64,000 nt of DNA from Antedon mediterranea (Eukaryota; Animalia; Echinodermata). The notes under the pieces were generated by a model. The model ran no database searches. It was not told the DNA's origin and saw only the letters and a list, made by a program, of their open reading frames with translations. Shown piece after piece: positions 39,040 to 50,531 of this stretch (positions within the stretch are counted from its first letter, which is position 1; the number at the start of each line of letters is the position of its first letter). Location of the stretch: positions 5,828,001 through 5,892,000 of the forward strand of contig NC_092674.1 of assembly GCF_964355755.1 (NCBI RefSeq), given 5' to 3'. The position numbers were made by a program, and so were the translations under genes.

Positions 39040-39560
39040 AAGTCATCCTGGAGATACTGTGGAAGATTACTACCGAGCAGTATTACCAAATCAGCTTCTT
39101 GATTACAAACCGAGTTAAAAACCCGTTTTTCTGCCGATAACAGGCCATGCTTTAAAATATTTGGCGTAGCACCCGAGTCTATCGTGAAGTGTAATGTTGA
39201 AGAAGTCTTCAAGGAACTTGAATTTGGTACGATGATCTGCCAAGACACGAACATCTTCATTCCGAGCTTCAGTGATGGAAGCGACTGTGTAAAATTAGCG
39301 GATCCAGATGTGTTCCCGAATGTGCGTGCACTTCTTCTAATCGCGTAGGCCTATGCCCGTAACGTCTGCTGAAGCTGAGCGGAGTTTTTCGACTTTATGG
39401 AGAACGAAAACCTGTTTGGGAAATCACATGTCTTATGAGCAGCTTTCGGGATTGTGCCTCATGAACATACACTTTAACATGAACATTAATACAGAGAATG
39501 TCATACGCGAATTCTGTCTCCAAGCCAAGAAGAATGTTCCAAACTTATGTTTAAAGATGC
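39040..39560 (+). pseudogene. hAT transposase C-terminal (dimerisation domain) remnant
   Basis: PVTSAEAERSFSTLWRTKTCLGNHMSYEQLSGLCLMNIH matches the hAT dimerisation motif; upstream DVFPNVRALLLIA and TVEDYYR fragments are broken by stops and frameshifts. Confidence 0.85.
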
Positions 39561-39652
39561 ATCACGCGATGTCAAGAGCGCCGTTATAGTAACTAACGTA
39601 AAATGTATGATAATAATTTAGAAGTTAGTTATTACAATTATGTAGGCCTATA

Positions 39653-39689
39653 CTAGATGGTACGCTCGCTTCGCTCGCGTACCATCTAG
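39653..39689 (-). mobile_element. Probable Helitron 3' terminus (hairpin + CTAG)
   Basis: Minus strand reads CTAGATGGTACGC-GAGCGAAGCGA-GCGTACCATCTAG|T, a 13-bp stem ending in CTAG followed by T. Possible 5' TC end near 41196 is uncertain. Confidence 0.5.
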
Positions 39690-42600
39690 GTCTTGCCCAC
39701 AAATTGTTCTCGAATACATAATAATTTCAGCGTTAAAAAACTGGCGATTTCAAAATATGTACGTACCGCAGGACAATAATACATGTCGTTTACAGGAACG
39801 AATAAATAGACATTGTGATTTATGTACTCAACTAAAATTAGCACTCTGGGAATTACTTCAGAAAGAGAAACTTGTCACAAAATGAGACCAATTGTTTAAG
39901 TCAAATTTAAACAAACTTAATTTGTGTTTTGTATGTAACATTAGGGTTGAGGGGTGGGGAAGAGGATGGGTGCAAAGAGTTAAATATATTCTTTATCCAT
40001 AGTAACGAAATATTAATTGTTTTCATGTTTTACAAATAATATACCACTACACACAGTAAAACATTGCGATTTAATACTTTGTTGAAACTATCACCGTCAT
40101 AGTCGATTGAAATAGTACAGTACATGTAACGATACATCACTACGACGTGTATATGTTTATATAATGTAAAACAATTTGTGAAAACCACCTCTATTCGGGG
40201 AAATCATAAATTCGATTTAATCGTCAATAAATATTAAAAATTAATTATCTAACTCAACTTAATTAGTAGGCCTAATGGTTTTCAATTGTTTCTTAGAGCC
40301 AATTCATACTTAAGTTGGTTCCTACCCTACCCACCAAAGTTGTTCTGCGTTTAGGGCATGTGATGTACCGTAGGCCTATCTACTGGTTTTACAACGCTAC
40401 TCATGCTAGTGAGGGAAGGGTGATGATGTGGGTGGTTTAACTGCAATAATAAAGATGTATACATAATATACGGCGAGTGAAAACGCCAGCACATTATCCA
40501 TTTAAAAAAATTTATATCCAACCTCTGCAGCACAGATTGAAAAAAAAATGGATCGAATTTCTGTTATGAGTATACAGTACTTGCCTTTACGACGCCTGCT
40601 GAGGGAATAGACGCTTGTGGAACAGAGATTGGAATGTTCCATTCATCGCAAATCAATACATTTGTATAAACGTATATTAAATCTATCAAAATAGTATTTT
40701 TTAAAGAAAATCGGCCTGTCTTCAACATTATGATACTGTACTCTAGCTGTTCAACCGGTTTTCAGCTATTAAAATCAATTATCGTAGGAGGAGATAGGAA
40801 AATGCGAAACCTCCTCGCATTTTTGTGGCGGGTATTTTTCAAGATGGACATCCATTAGACAGTGTATACCACGATCGGAAAACACCCCGATTTGGGGCAA
40901 ATCGTTGAACCTAAATTCGTTTTAATCGTCAATAACTAATTATCTAACTTAATTTAATTAGTAAACAGGGTTACATTAGGTGGTTAAAATCAGTACCGAA
41001 AGTACGAACCAACTTTATATACCATCGAGTAAAAATTCTAGAAGTAAGGCGCGATTTACCGAATTTTGCCCTTACGTAAATTTGTATATAGAAGCTATCA
41101 CCTATACTATACATTCGAACAAAATAGGTATATTTTTAAACAAAATATTGTATGTACTGGGTATGATAAGCGTCTCACATACACACGGAGCTAAGATAGC
41201 TTCTTGGACTTGCACAGTGTATGAACTGTAACCTTACCTTCATTTTTTTTTTTTAACTGGTGGTCACGCAACTTATTTTGACCTCCATCCGCACATTTTT
41301 GTGTTTCTTTTGTTTATTGTAATTTTCTTTTTGCAATTTGTAATTTTTATCTTTTATTTTAAAATGTGTGGTGAAACCAATAAAACAAACAAAACAAACG
41401 GTTCTCATTTAATAATATCACTCCCTCCATGCTTTCATTCTAATTTCTTTTTTCAAACTTTTGCATCTCTACGTTCATTTCATGCAACTTTTGTATTGGT
41501 GAAAAGGGAGGAATTCAAATAATTCCTCCTCTAAGTTTACAGCCTCTCTACACAAATCAACAAACAAGCAAGAAAAAAAGTGTTTGTCTGTGGCAGCCTG
41601 GAATATAAAAATGTTCTGTAATGAAAATGAGAGTTGTTTTTTGTTTTCTTTGTTTCAGTTTATTAGTGTTAACATTGTCATATTTGTGTGTGCGTAAACC
41701 GATTCAAATGATCTAGATTGCCCTAGACCGCCAAAGCTTCCAGGGGGCTTCGCCCCCTGGACCCCAACCGGGGGCCCTTGGCGGCCCCCTGGCCCCCAGC
41801 CCATGGTTGCTCGCTTCGCTCGCAAAATACTCACATATTGGTTGACCCCCCCTTTAATTCTTTGCTGGCTGCGCCCCTGAATTGTATTGAATTTATATAG
41901 TGATTGATTAACCATAAATAGTTAATAATAATAATATTTAATAATTAAATTGTTTTTAACATCATGGGGAAACGAAGATGTTAAAAAAGAACAAAATAGA
42001 TTAAAAACAGGCAGAGATACATATTGTATACAAAAAGCCTAACAATTAGTACTAATTATTGATGAGTTACTACTAATAATAATAATTAAAAAAACAGGCT
42101 TAATTTATAATATTAAAATAACAAATAAAAGAGTAGTTTTCAATATAATGACTAATCATGGCCTTTTTTTAATGATATATACATTATGACTCATTTTGCG
42201 CACCATATATTTGTAAGACCGGACCATATTTGGCGGCCAAAAACAGTCCTACTACCCGGACCGATTTTATCCTGGCCGGACCAGTTTTGGCGGCCAAAAT
42301 TGGTCCGGCCGGACAGGTTTTGGCAGCCATAAATGGTCCCCCGGACTGATTTTGGCAGCCAAAACTGGTCCGCCGGACCGATTTTGGCCCGGACTGATTT
42401 TGGTGTGACAGTTCTTTTTACAGTGACCAAAGAGATGCTGAATAGTAGTAGTGTAGTAGTTTACAGTAGTATTGTAGCTGCAAAGCATAATAACGATATC
42501 ATAAGTTGCTTTTTTACACTGTTGGTGCCTATGTATATAGGATAGTATATTCTCTATTACATATTATAATTTAATTGATTTTAGGCCATTTTGTACAGGT

Positions 42601-43715
42601 AGTTATTAAATTCAATGTATGGCAATAATGAATAACATATTGTGGCATGGATGGTGCTTGAGTGTGTTTTTTATGAAGTGATGTTTTCTTTATGTTCTTG
42701 AATATTGTGCGGGAAACTCTGTCTGTATTGTATATGGAAGATATCTTCGATCGATGACAAACAATTCTGTGCAGCAAAGCGTAACCAAAAGAAATAACAT
42801 AGCATGGCGACCATACTTTTGCAGAACAAGTTACTTTAAAAAAATGTTTAATAACAAATCTCTGTCCACATTCTTGCTTTAAAAATGTTTGTGGGTTTAT
42901 AAATTTCTGTATCAACTTTCGTAGCGAACAACATCTTTTCCTTGGTGAGAAGACCCTATATACCTGTATTTATCTATTAAATACAATTAGATATCTGACC
43001 ACTATTTTATGGATGAATAAACATGCATCAATTTATCTGTAAATTTATTATTTAGTCTTTAATTTTTTTTTCTATTTTAACAGTTTTTGTCGTTTATTTA
43101 ACTTCTGTGGAGTAGCTTTGCTTCAGGTAGTAAATGTTGAGATGTCGTAATTTTGTACTTTATACTAAGTACATTGCAAGTAATTCTCGGGTAGACTCCA
43201 ACCCACGACCTATATCACTACTGGCATACATACAGTACCTCTAAACCACCAATCTTGAAAATGTTTGCCTAAAAAGCCCAAAACATTTTTCTTGGGTGGA
43301 AACTACAGTACCATCTTCAAGTTCAAATCGCTAGCACATTTTTTTTCATTTTTACCGTAATGGCATTGACCAAGATTAAGTAGAGACTTAACTGACTTTT
43401 TATTCAACTTGTCGTGTCATATTAAGTTAAGTATGACAATATCTTAAGAAGACCAGATTATTAATCACTTCCCTTTTAAAAAAAACTGCCTTACCTGTCA
43501 GAAATGATAACAAGTCTTCTTATTGCAGCAAATTTCTGAAACTACATTAACATGCTTGGATAATTACACGTACAGTAGAAAAAATATACTGTTAATCGAT
43601 TGATAATATTCTTAATAAATTCTAAAAAGTGTATAACTATTCTTATGAACGATAAACACATATTGTACTGTATTGTTGTAGAGTATTGCTTTGCTTCATG
43701 TTTTCAGGCACACTT

Positions 43716-44149
43716 AAGCTTGGTTCCCACTAGAATGTAACGCAAGGACGTAAACACAACGCAAGCGTTTCAACCAATGACAAGCGAAGTTATAGACAGT
43801 TAGCAATCACAAGCGAATAAGCCATCGCTTGTGATTGGTCAATTCACTTGCGTTGCGTTACGTCCTTGTGTTGCGTCGCTAGTGGGAACCACGCTTTACG
43901 TTGCGCTTACGTCCTTGCGTTGCGTCTTAGTGGGAACCACCAAGCTTGAAGCTTGGTTCCCACTAGAACGTAACGCAAGGACGTAAACGCAACGCAAGCG
44001 TTTCAACCAATGACAAGCGAAGTTATAGACAGTTAGCAATCACAAGCGAATAAGCCATCGCTTGTGATTTGTCAATTCACTTGCGTTGCGTTACGTCCTT
44101 GTGTTGCGTCACGTCCTTGTGTTGCGTCGCTAGTGGGAACCACGCTTTA
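43716..44149. mobile_element. Tandem Harbinger-like MITEs, family B (two full copies plus an extra right end)
   Basis: AAGCTTGGTTCCCACTAG...CTAGTGGGAACCACGCTT occurs twice with near-identical interiors (43716-43898, 43949-44149), with a duplicated end between them. Confidence 0.85.
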
Positions 44150-44280
44150 AGGTGCTTGTGTTGCATGGTTGCTGACAAAACTCCTCGGCCATTTGTGCCC
44201 ATAAAATAAAAACATTAAAAAGTGAAATATTGTCCTACAGTACATCTAGTCCACATCCACTTTAAAATAAAATGTACACT

Positions 44281-44773
44281 TTTTACTCGGGGTACCCGAG
44301 TCTAAGACTCTCTCATCTTCTCCTCCATCCGACACTATTGAGTAAAAAGTGCGATTTATAAAGTACTACTCCTGCCTTATTCGTTGTAGTATTGAGCTGG
44401 GATTTGGCATGAATATACTACAGGGACATGTCCTCAAAGCTATAGAGCCGGATTTTTAAATTTTAAACCGGATGCAGCCATATGACGTCTCGAAGATGGT
44501 ACCAACCATATAGCCGTATAACTATTTGGTAGTGAGGTTAATAACCTCAACCGTTATTGATGTGTATGTGACATCACATCCCGTCTTATGACGTCATTAC
44601 AGCTTCTTTTGCTGTACCCCGAGTATCGCACATTCATGCTTTTTTTGAATAAATGAATAAACTATTTGGTAGCGAGGTTATTGATGTGTATGTGACGTCA
44701 CATCTCGTCTTATGACGTCATTACAGCTTCTTTTGCTGTACCCCGAGTATCGCACATTCATGCTTTTTTTTTT
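44281..44773 (+). mobile_element. Helentron-associated (DINE/HINE-like) non-autonomous element with duplicated 3' end
   Basis: 12-bp subterminal IR TACTCGGGGTAC (44284-44295) vs GTACCCCGAGTA (44614-44625, again 44738-44749); 5' hairpin ACTCGGG-GTA-CCCGAGT; small 3' stem-loop; T-run flanks; no TSD. Confidence 0.65.
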
Positions 44774-44898
44774 TAATTTGATGTAGCTGTATAGATTTAC
44801 TAAATTAATGAGTACTGTACACAGTTTGCAATTGTGACAATAATAATAATAATAATTCATTCTTATATAGCGCATATACTGTAAGCAAGCTCTCAATG

Positions 44899-45260
44899 AG
44901 TGAGTGAGTGGCCGAGCGGTTAAGACAGTGGAACCGTAATTAAGTAGCCATAACATCGGCAAGGGTTCGAGGCTCACTCGCTCCATGGTTCTGGTGGTAG
45001 AACGAGTCTTCTCGGATAAGGACTATAAACCGTAGGTCCAGTGTACACATAGCTCATGCGCACTTTAAAGAACCTAGTACATCTTTCGAGACGAGTAGGG
45101 GGTTACCCCGGTGTACTAGTCCACACAAACACAGCCACGGTCACACACAGCCACTGTGCAAATTGGGACTGGGCCGTTTTAGAGGTGTTTACCACCTGTT
45201 GGTCCAGATCCTTCACTAACTGAGTTAGTGAGAAGTCGAATAAATAAAATAAATAAAAAA
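44899..45260 (+). mobile_element. Full-length tRNA-derived SINE with a Deu/Nin-type core
   Basis: A box TGGCCGAGCGG; B box GGTTCGAGGCT; core GTCTTCTCGGATAAGGACTATAAACCGTAGGTCC..TAAAGAACC..TTCGAGACGAGTAGGGGGTTACCCCGGTGT; (AAAT)n tail; TCAATG TSD at 44893-44898 and 45261-45266. Confidence 0.85.
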
Positions 45261-46484
45261 TCAATGCACTGCACATAAATTAAAATAGACAAGAAATAGC
45301 AATAATAATAATACTGTATAGAAATCTAGAAATCAAGTAACCAAAGATACTGACAATTATAAAAGAATCTTATAGGAACTCATTTAGACTTATCTAATTT
45401 GACTTTATTTTGAAGTACTGTACTGTAGGAGGTCAACTTAATTTGTGATTTTTTTTTGTACACCAGTTCAAATTCTATATTTCCTTTATGATTATGTATA
45501 TTCTAATATTATCCTAAGTTGATTAAACTTTGCCAATTTGTCATTATTAACAACACCCCATTAATTTCCTTTTGCACTGGAATAATTGGCTCTTTACTGT
45601 TGTGTGCTAGTATTGAATTCATTGTGTCCTTCCGTTGCAGGCCTTGCTTCAATTGTCGTTAGTAGGTCTTTCAAGGGTCATCCCTTTGAATCCCTGTTTG
45701 ACACTATGGTCAAAGTCTCAGTCCCTCCTTTTTCTTTGATTGAAAATGAACTTATGTAGATGGGAATAGGCAAGGAAATACAAATTTTAAATTGTTTGCT
45801 AAAGCCCATCTTTTTAGATTCCCATCAAGGTTTTGTGTATATTTATTGGAGAATAAAAATACAGTATACCTGTCAGTTGCTTAAGTTAAGTAAGATCAGC
45901 ATTTAAGCACCTGCAAAGTGATTTTAACTTTATTATAAATGTTGTCTTACTATTAATCATCATTCTTTTATTTATGTAAAATCCACAATTAGGTTTGCAA
46001 GGAAAAGAGAGTTCATCATCAAAGTGGAGGGAAATCGAAGACCTCATCAAAGTAAAACTCTTACCTCATCCTTCACAGAATTAGTAAGTATATTAGTTTG
46101 ACCTTTCAACTTTGTGATATACAGTAGAACCTCTATTAAGGGGACACCTCAGGACCCAACAAAGTGTCTATTAATAAAATGAATAAAGATTTGCTGTATT
46201 GTATCAAACTAACTTGACAAAATTGTGCCCAAATATGGTAGTGATGACATCATGTCCATATACGGGCACATCACAATTTTTGTCACATAAAGGTTGATAG
46301 TGTTGACAGTATAAAATTGGAAAGCAAGAATATTAATATTACAGTCACTTACTGTAAGATTAAAGAATTTGTAAATTACTTACTTCTTTTCTTGTAGAAC
46401 ATAAATCCTGAGCAAGGGACTTCTAAACAAGACTGGAGAGTGCCTTCTTCGCATGCTAGTATCAATTTCTTTAGCTCTGCTATA

Positions 46485-49400
46485 ATGCCACCAAGACGAA
46501 AAAGACGCTCTCCCACTGCCGATGATTGTAAAGCAAAGAAGACACGCAAATCATCCAAGTAAATAGTATTTCCTTTTTTAAAAAAAAATATGAAAGAATA
46601 TATTTTTTAATTTGACTTTTATTATTGTGTTGAGACACAAAATGTACTGTAGTTCCGTATTTTCTAATCATGCTTATTTCATCATAAAACAAATGGTAAA
46701 TTTAAACGTTATATATTTATTAATTTATTTTGTTATAAAATTATTATTAAAAAATAAAAAGAAGACCCTGGAAGTTTCTATCGTAATCTATTGAAATAAA
46801 AACAAATAAGTAAGTTCGCAAAACTATTATATATATCATGCAAATTAATAGTATGATAAAATCATTGTTACAGTTATGATCTACCTGATCTGCCGAAAAG
46901 TATTTACAGTAATACTCATTTATCTCTAATCCAACTTGATCAAATCAAGGCAATCTAACAACAGGACACTGAGCTCGCCTTGCCAAGATAAGAACTCAAA
47001 ACAGTCCTTTGATCTTATGTCTGGCTGCAACAAATACCAACAGTACTGTACTATGTACAGTACATATTCTCTGGCGCGCTGTGTTTTTTTTCAGTGCGTG
47101 AAACTGGTTGTGTCGCAGCCACAGATAACCCCTTTGATCTCCGGAGCTCAGAATTCTATTGCCTAGATCAAATTATGCAAATGTCTTTCAAATTCATATT
47201 TTAAACATCAAGTAGTGATAACTATGAAAGCTAAGCCCATCATGGATATCAAAATCTGAGAGTAACACCCCTCTTGATCCATCTAACACCCACCTTTGTC
47301 TTCAATTCACTCTACAATGTGTATAACCTTGGATTGGTTAACGTGCATGTGGAAAAACAGTTAGGATATTTGCCCCTGTATTACACAGGTTATTGATGGA
47401 TTATGTTTATTAGAGAGAAATTATTATACAGTATCTGACTGACTCACAATCCTTTGTGATGATGGCACCTGACTGTAGAGAGTAAAGTGGGCTTCGCTTT
47501 TGTAATGCTTGTATTTGATCTGGAATTTGATCATTATTTGTAGTAAAATGAATGTACAGAAGTAGGATTGGCTGTATAATTAATCAAGGCAGGGTTTTTG
47601 ATAAGGATCTAGATATACTGCAGTAGGAAAAAAACCATTAGTTACAAAAACCTCTAACCTTGGCCTACTGTAGACCTAAAAAATGAACCACATATGTAGA
47701 CAGATACGCTGAGGTGGCTGGGTCCCCTTAAATTTTCAATGCAAAAGATAGAAAGTCAGGTTCACTTACTTATAATGTTTAGGCCCTAGCTCCCACTATT
47801 TCAAAATCAACTGAGACCAAAAAATAAATATGAAGTATGTTTCATGGAGCTGTAACTTAGTGGTTATGTGCGTGGCTTCCAATCCCAAGGGGTTCGGGGT
47901 TCAATCCTGACCTAGTGGCAGGGTTGTTTTAATATTTTATGAAATTTAAAAAAAAAACAATTGATAAAAAAATGAATCCTAAACTATCTGTTTCTTCTAG
48001 TGTACCTACAGCATACACAGATCTAACAGAAACGAGTTATCACTCTGCCTTTTCTGCCAAACGTTGTCTTGCTTGGTTCGAGGAGTACAAGGACAAAGAT
48101 TCAGGTTCGTTGGGTCCCGATGGCATGGAGAAATTCTGCGAAGATATTGGTGTTGAGCCAGAGAACATTGTAATGTTAGTAATAGCGTGGAAGCTTGAAG
48201 CATACCAAATGGGTTTTTTTACTATTCAAGAATGGATGAAAGGAATGACATCATTACAGTGAGTGTGGTACTCGTAGATGTTGTATAGCACATCTAAGTG
48301 TGTCCTTGCCATTCCCTGCCATACATTATATTCTCATATTCAACGACTGTAGGTACTATTGCATGATCAGCTTTTTGTAAACATTTTAAAGAATTCAGGA
48401 TTCTAGGCTGGTGAATAATGCACAACCAAATGTCAATTTGTGATTGCCAAAACCTGAGCGCTGCATTTACAGGCATAGTCTTCAAAGTTATTAATAATAA
48501 CTTCAATTAGCAAATGATTTAATTCATGAATGTTAAGTTACAAATACAGCCATATGTACCATTTTTGTATTTAAAACCATCAAAACAATTACTGTATATA
48601 GATTTATTGAAAAAATTATTTGTATTTTTAATTCACAGGGTAGACTCCATAAATAAACTGCAAGGAAAATTGGACTATCTTCGATCATTACTCAATGATC
48701 CACCTACGTTTAAACAAATATATAGATTTGCATTTGACTTTGCAAGAGTAAGTAAACAAATCAATTTTTTTGTAAGCCGAATAGAAATACAAACCAAAGG
48801 TTTAAAGAAATGAGATTGATTATTGATCGATTAATTGTTTATTGATTAGTGATTGATTTATTATTTATTGATTGGTTATTGATTATTCATTGATTGATTT
48901 ATTGATTGTTTCCGTTGCAGAAAAAAGACAAAAGAGGATTAGATTATGACATAGCAAGAACATTGTTACGCCTGCTGCTTGGTAGACAGTGGGTTCTCTA
49001 CAACTCATTCCAACAGTTTTTAGATGTAAGTGAATAAAACGTATTTGTTTCGTGCAATAATTATAATCAATATTAGTAATCAAAGGGTAAAGCCCTAGAT
49101 AGATAATATGATAATATTAATTGAAAACATTTTAGCATCCAAAAGCAAGTAACGATTTATCAATGAATTTATGATATACATTTTAGAATCTACAACAATT
49201 TATATTATGAAATTCACTGTGTTGGATGCGAAATCAAATAAAAGCCAACATTTTTTTACATTTTTAGCAAACCAATTGTAAGGTTGTGAACAAGGACCAA
49301 TGGTGCAATATTCTTGAATTCAGCCGTACAATACTACCTGATCTTAGTAACCATGATGAAGATGGTGCTTGTAAGTTGAGATGAGTAGGGCTAGTTGTTG

Positions 49401-49960
49401 TAGGCCTGTTGTGCTAGTTCTCACACAGCCACTGTCATTGATGGAGTAGAGAGCGTGTGATACTGACATGTTCACAACGCCATGAGCAATGATCCATTCA
49501 TTGGAATATACAAGAAATCACAAACAAACAATATTTACAGTATATGGTATAAAAAAGCAAAATACTAAAGTGATACACTATGCGATAAACCAAGGAAATC
49601 TAACAACAGGACACTAAGCTCTTTCGATCTTATGTCTGGCTGTGACAAATAACAACAGTATTGTGCTATGTACATATTCTCTGTGGCGTGCAGTGGTTGA
49701 TAAGGGGCGTAGTACTGATCATGTCGCAGCCAGAGATAAACCCTTTGATCTCCAGAGCTCCGCATCCTGTTTATAAATTGCCTTGGATAAATCCAGAGAC
49801 AGAAACATGCAATATGGACATATGGATTTAATATGGAATGTGGTAAGCTTTATGATATGGAATAAATAAGTACTATTTTTTAGTGATTTAAATTTGTTTC
49901 TTTTTAGGGCCTGTGATGCTCGACGAGTTTGTAGATTGGTTACGATCTCAATACTCATGA
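46485..49960 (+). CDS. DCUN1D5: DCN1-like protein of the DCUN1D4/DCUN1D5 subfamily (cullin neddylation co-E3)
   Basis: In-frame exons 46485-46558 ([14 protein letters not shown]), 48001-48258 ([28 protein letters not shown]), 48639-48747 ([13 protein letters not shown]), 48921-49025, 49268-49370 ([16 protein letters not shown]) and 49908-49960 ([11 protein letters not shown]..stop). The CDS may extend upstream (exon from 46398; another candidate ~45993-46084). Likely co-ortholog of vertebrate DCUN1D4 and DCUN1D5. Confidence 0.93.
48815..48908 (+). repeat. Degenerate (GATT)n microsatellite
   Basis: Intronic run of ATTG/GATT units. Confidence 0.8.
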
Positions 49961-50531
49961 AGAGTAGAGAACAGTGTAAAGTTGTACCTGAACAGTATTG
50001 AGAATAACCACAACGATCTCTCAACACAAATGTGTGTTACTAAAAACTTTGACTCTTTACGATGTCAATTCCAGTGTCCTAGGCAGGTTAAATGCAAGTT
50101 TATAAATAAATAACCATAGTGCTCAAACATCTTAAAAGGCAACTCTATTAAATTAAATCAAAAGGTAGTTTGCATGCCACAGAATATCCAGTGTGTTGCT
50201 ATATACAGTATAGCTGTAACCTTGTCGTACATGGTTCACGCACTGGTGTACTTAGTTTTGGCGTTTTTATTTTGATTTTAAACTTCACTCTTGAGGTTGG
50301 AGTGTTCTTACAAATGGCATGGAAGACGGTATTGATATTTGTATAATAGTATTCCCTAATTAACAAAATATGCTGAACAGATATACAGGTCTTCTGGTTA
50401 TATACTACAATTCCAACAAGTGAAAACAAAATGGAGTAGTGCAGAGATGCAAACAAACAACTGTCATTGTGTATAGCATTAGTATAAATGTCTAGTCCAA
50501 TACTCTATTTTCTGTTTGTATTTAAGCATAA

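Larger units (their letters stand above)
38947..41879 (+). mobile_element. Defective hAT transposon, 15-bp TIR, 5-bp TSD
   Basis: CAGGGGCGCAGCCAG...CTGGCTGCGCCCCTG; AATTG direct repeats at 38942-38946 and 41880-41884; contains a transposase remnant. Confidence 0.9.
38548..42411. mobile_element. Outer non-autonomous TIR element with GGTCC/GGACC subterminal arrays; hosts a nested hAT element
   Basis: Left CTGTCAC..GGTCCGGGGCCAAAATCGGTCCGGCCGGACCAGTTTTGGCT matches the reverse complement of the right end (..AGCCAAAACTGGTCCGCCGGACCGATTTTGGCCCGGAC..GTGACAG). No clear TSD; superfamily unassigned. Confidence 0.7.

Noticed and set aside
41655-41915. 86-aa Gly/Pro-rich ORF (GVQGAKPPG)
   Set aside because: Translation of the GC-rich subterminal region of the hAT element.
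42191-42545. Overlapping ORFs with repeated PKSVR/GQNWSG motifs
   Set aside because: Translations of the GGTCC subterminal repeat array of a transposon end.
47845-47920. tRNA gene (A/B boxes, GGTTCAATCC); similar reverse copies at ~34790-34865 and ~9855-9910
   Set aside because: Stems are degenerate and the sequence runs on into shared non-tRNA flank; better explained as SINE heads.
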